NCBI RefSeq assembly: GCF_028641065.1
Contig: NC_073389.1
Location: 27,838,001-27,902,000, forward strand
Length of the DNA stretch: 64,000 nucleotides
Reading direction: 5' to 3'
Source: Leucoraja erinacea
Taxonomy: Eukaryota
In this document: in pieces, positions 63,639-64,000 of the stretch
Position numbering within the stretch: position 1 is the stretch's first letter
Layout: each line of letters begins with the position of its first letter
The notes under the pieces: model-generated
Database searches by the model: none
What the model saw: the letters and a program-made list of their open reading frames with translations, nothing else
What the model was told of the DNA's origin: nothing
Made by a program: the position numbers and the translations under genes

Positions 63639-64000
63639 TGAGCACCAGCGCTCTTCAGATACTCAAACAGGGGCATGTCATGTCAGCATAATGCGACATC
63701 TTGTGTAAAATCCGCATTGAAATATAGTTATTAAATAATCCGCTGCCAACCCCTCAGTGCCACACAGTATATGTCAGGAGGTCACAGAGAGGTTAAGATG
63801 GGCTAGTGTGTAGGATAGAGCTGGTGTAAAGATGATTGCCGGTCGGCAGAGACATGTCGGGCTGGAGGTCCTTTTTCTGCACGGTATCTAAACTCTAAAG
63901 TAAAAAGTGCAGCACAGAACAAGCCTCCAGCCCACAATGTCTGTGCCAAACATGATGCCAAGATAAACTAATCAGCTTTATGATGGCAGCTCATTGAGTC

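Noticed and set aside
1-64000. Prokaryotic systems (CRISPR arrays, operons, retrons) suggested by RT ORFs and repeats
   Set aside because: The RTs are CR1/L1 non-LTR type, the repeats are dispersed rather than regularly spaced, and the context is a vertebrate intron.

Overview
This is eukaryotic, repeat-saturated intronic DNA, most likely from a cartilaginous fish. The SINE/LINE repertoire suggests a skate or ray; that is an inference, not a database result. The only host coding sequence I can support is one 378-nt phase 1-1 exon at 23544-23921 (+), encoding the first V-type Ig domain of an EWI-family protein, best matching IGSF3. I found neither the signal-peptide exon nor the next Ig exon, so the flanking introns appear to exceed 23 kb and 40 kb. 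The rest of the window contains about 25 tRNA-derived HE1/V-SINE-like elements, many CR1 LINE fragments (including a 1.6-kb RT-containing copy at 59.2-60.9 kb), Rex1/Babar 3' ends, and a 5'-truncated L1-clade element with a 14-bp TSD and three nested insertions. It also holds Penelope-like element (PLE) remnants and several non-autonomous TIR elements. Four observations stand out. (i) About 20 PLE terminal repeats carry a minimal hammerhead-ribozyme-like core (CUGAAGA-stem II-GAAAC-GUC), and some of these units, fold-backs and a solo copy, are inserted with 11-14 bp TSDs. (ii) A 1594-bp TA-flanked TIR element carries a tRNA-Met(CAT)-like segment and two copies of a ~120-nt palindrome. (iii) A GC-rich non-coding retroposon family has hairpins that covary between copies. 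(iv) Fold-backs and duplications recur at insertion junctions. Most ORFs in the supplied track are repeat-derived or spurious. Repeat boundaries are approximate unless TSD/TIR coordinates are given.
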